From positions 11,025,625 through 11,089,624 of the forward strand of contig CM082579.2 in NCBI GenBank assembly GCA_040954595.2: a stretch of DNA of 64,000 nt, in the 5' to 3' direction. The position numbers and the translations under genes were made by a program. The notes beneath the pieces are model-generated. The model made no database searches and had not been told where the DNA came from. It was given only the letters and a program-made list of their open reading frames with translations. Of the stretch, positions 63,861-64,000 are shown piece after piece. The DNA comes from Balanoglossus misakiensis (taxonomy: Eukaryota > Animalia > Hemichordata). Position 1 is the stretch's first letter. Each line of letters opens with the position of its first letter.

Positions 63861-64000
63861 TTAATCAGGAATTACATTTATTACAACATGTTCAACAGAT
63901 ACACGATGACGATAGTAACAAATTGTGCATAGATAAATTACTTAGTTAACAATTCCATACTGTCATGCATTTAAACATCACTGCCTTTTTTTTAATCATT

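Overview
Eukaryotic (animal) genomic DNA, AT-rich, with spliceosomal introns and many MITEs. Gene content and repeats suggest a marine invertebrate deuterostome (hemichordate- or echinoderm-like; inference). Genes were reconstructed by hand from splice sites and reading-frame phases. (1) 3' part of a giant (>=2336 aa) protein: a PSI-like Cys motif followed by bacterial-style beta-strand/beta-helix repeats on two huge exons; an HGT candidate. (2) A 20-exon secreted SP-4xSRCR-pentraxin-2xHYR-GAIN protein whose frame stops exactly at the GPS cleavage site (CNHL-stop), with no transmembrane part. (3) A secreted LRR gene whose LRRCT/Ig tail is frameshifted, plus relics of paralogs. (4) The first two exons of ZFAND2 directly followed by the last two exons of WDR55 (deletion or mis-assembly). 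(5) PGAP2 (-), head-to-head with (6) a C2H2 zinc-finger gene. (7) An uncharacterised PH/GRAM-like Cys-rich gene (-). (8) An IFI44-type P-loop GTPase with three N-terminal ubiquitin-like cassettes and a C-terminal CaaX box. Also present: many non-autonomous DNA transposons (TTAA-, TWA-, TA- and 9-bp-TSD types), an L2-like LINE fragment and a tandem Helentron/DINE-like repeat. No rRNA, tRNA or CRISPR array was recognised. All domain calls are by-eye motif recognition; no database searches were run.
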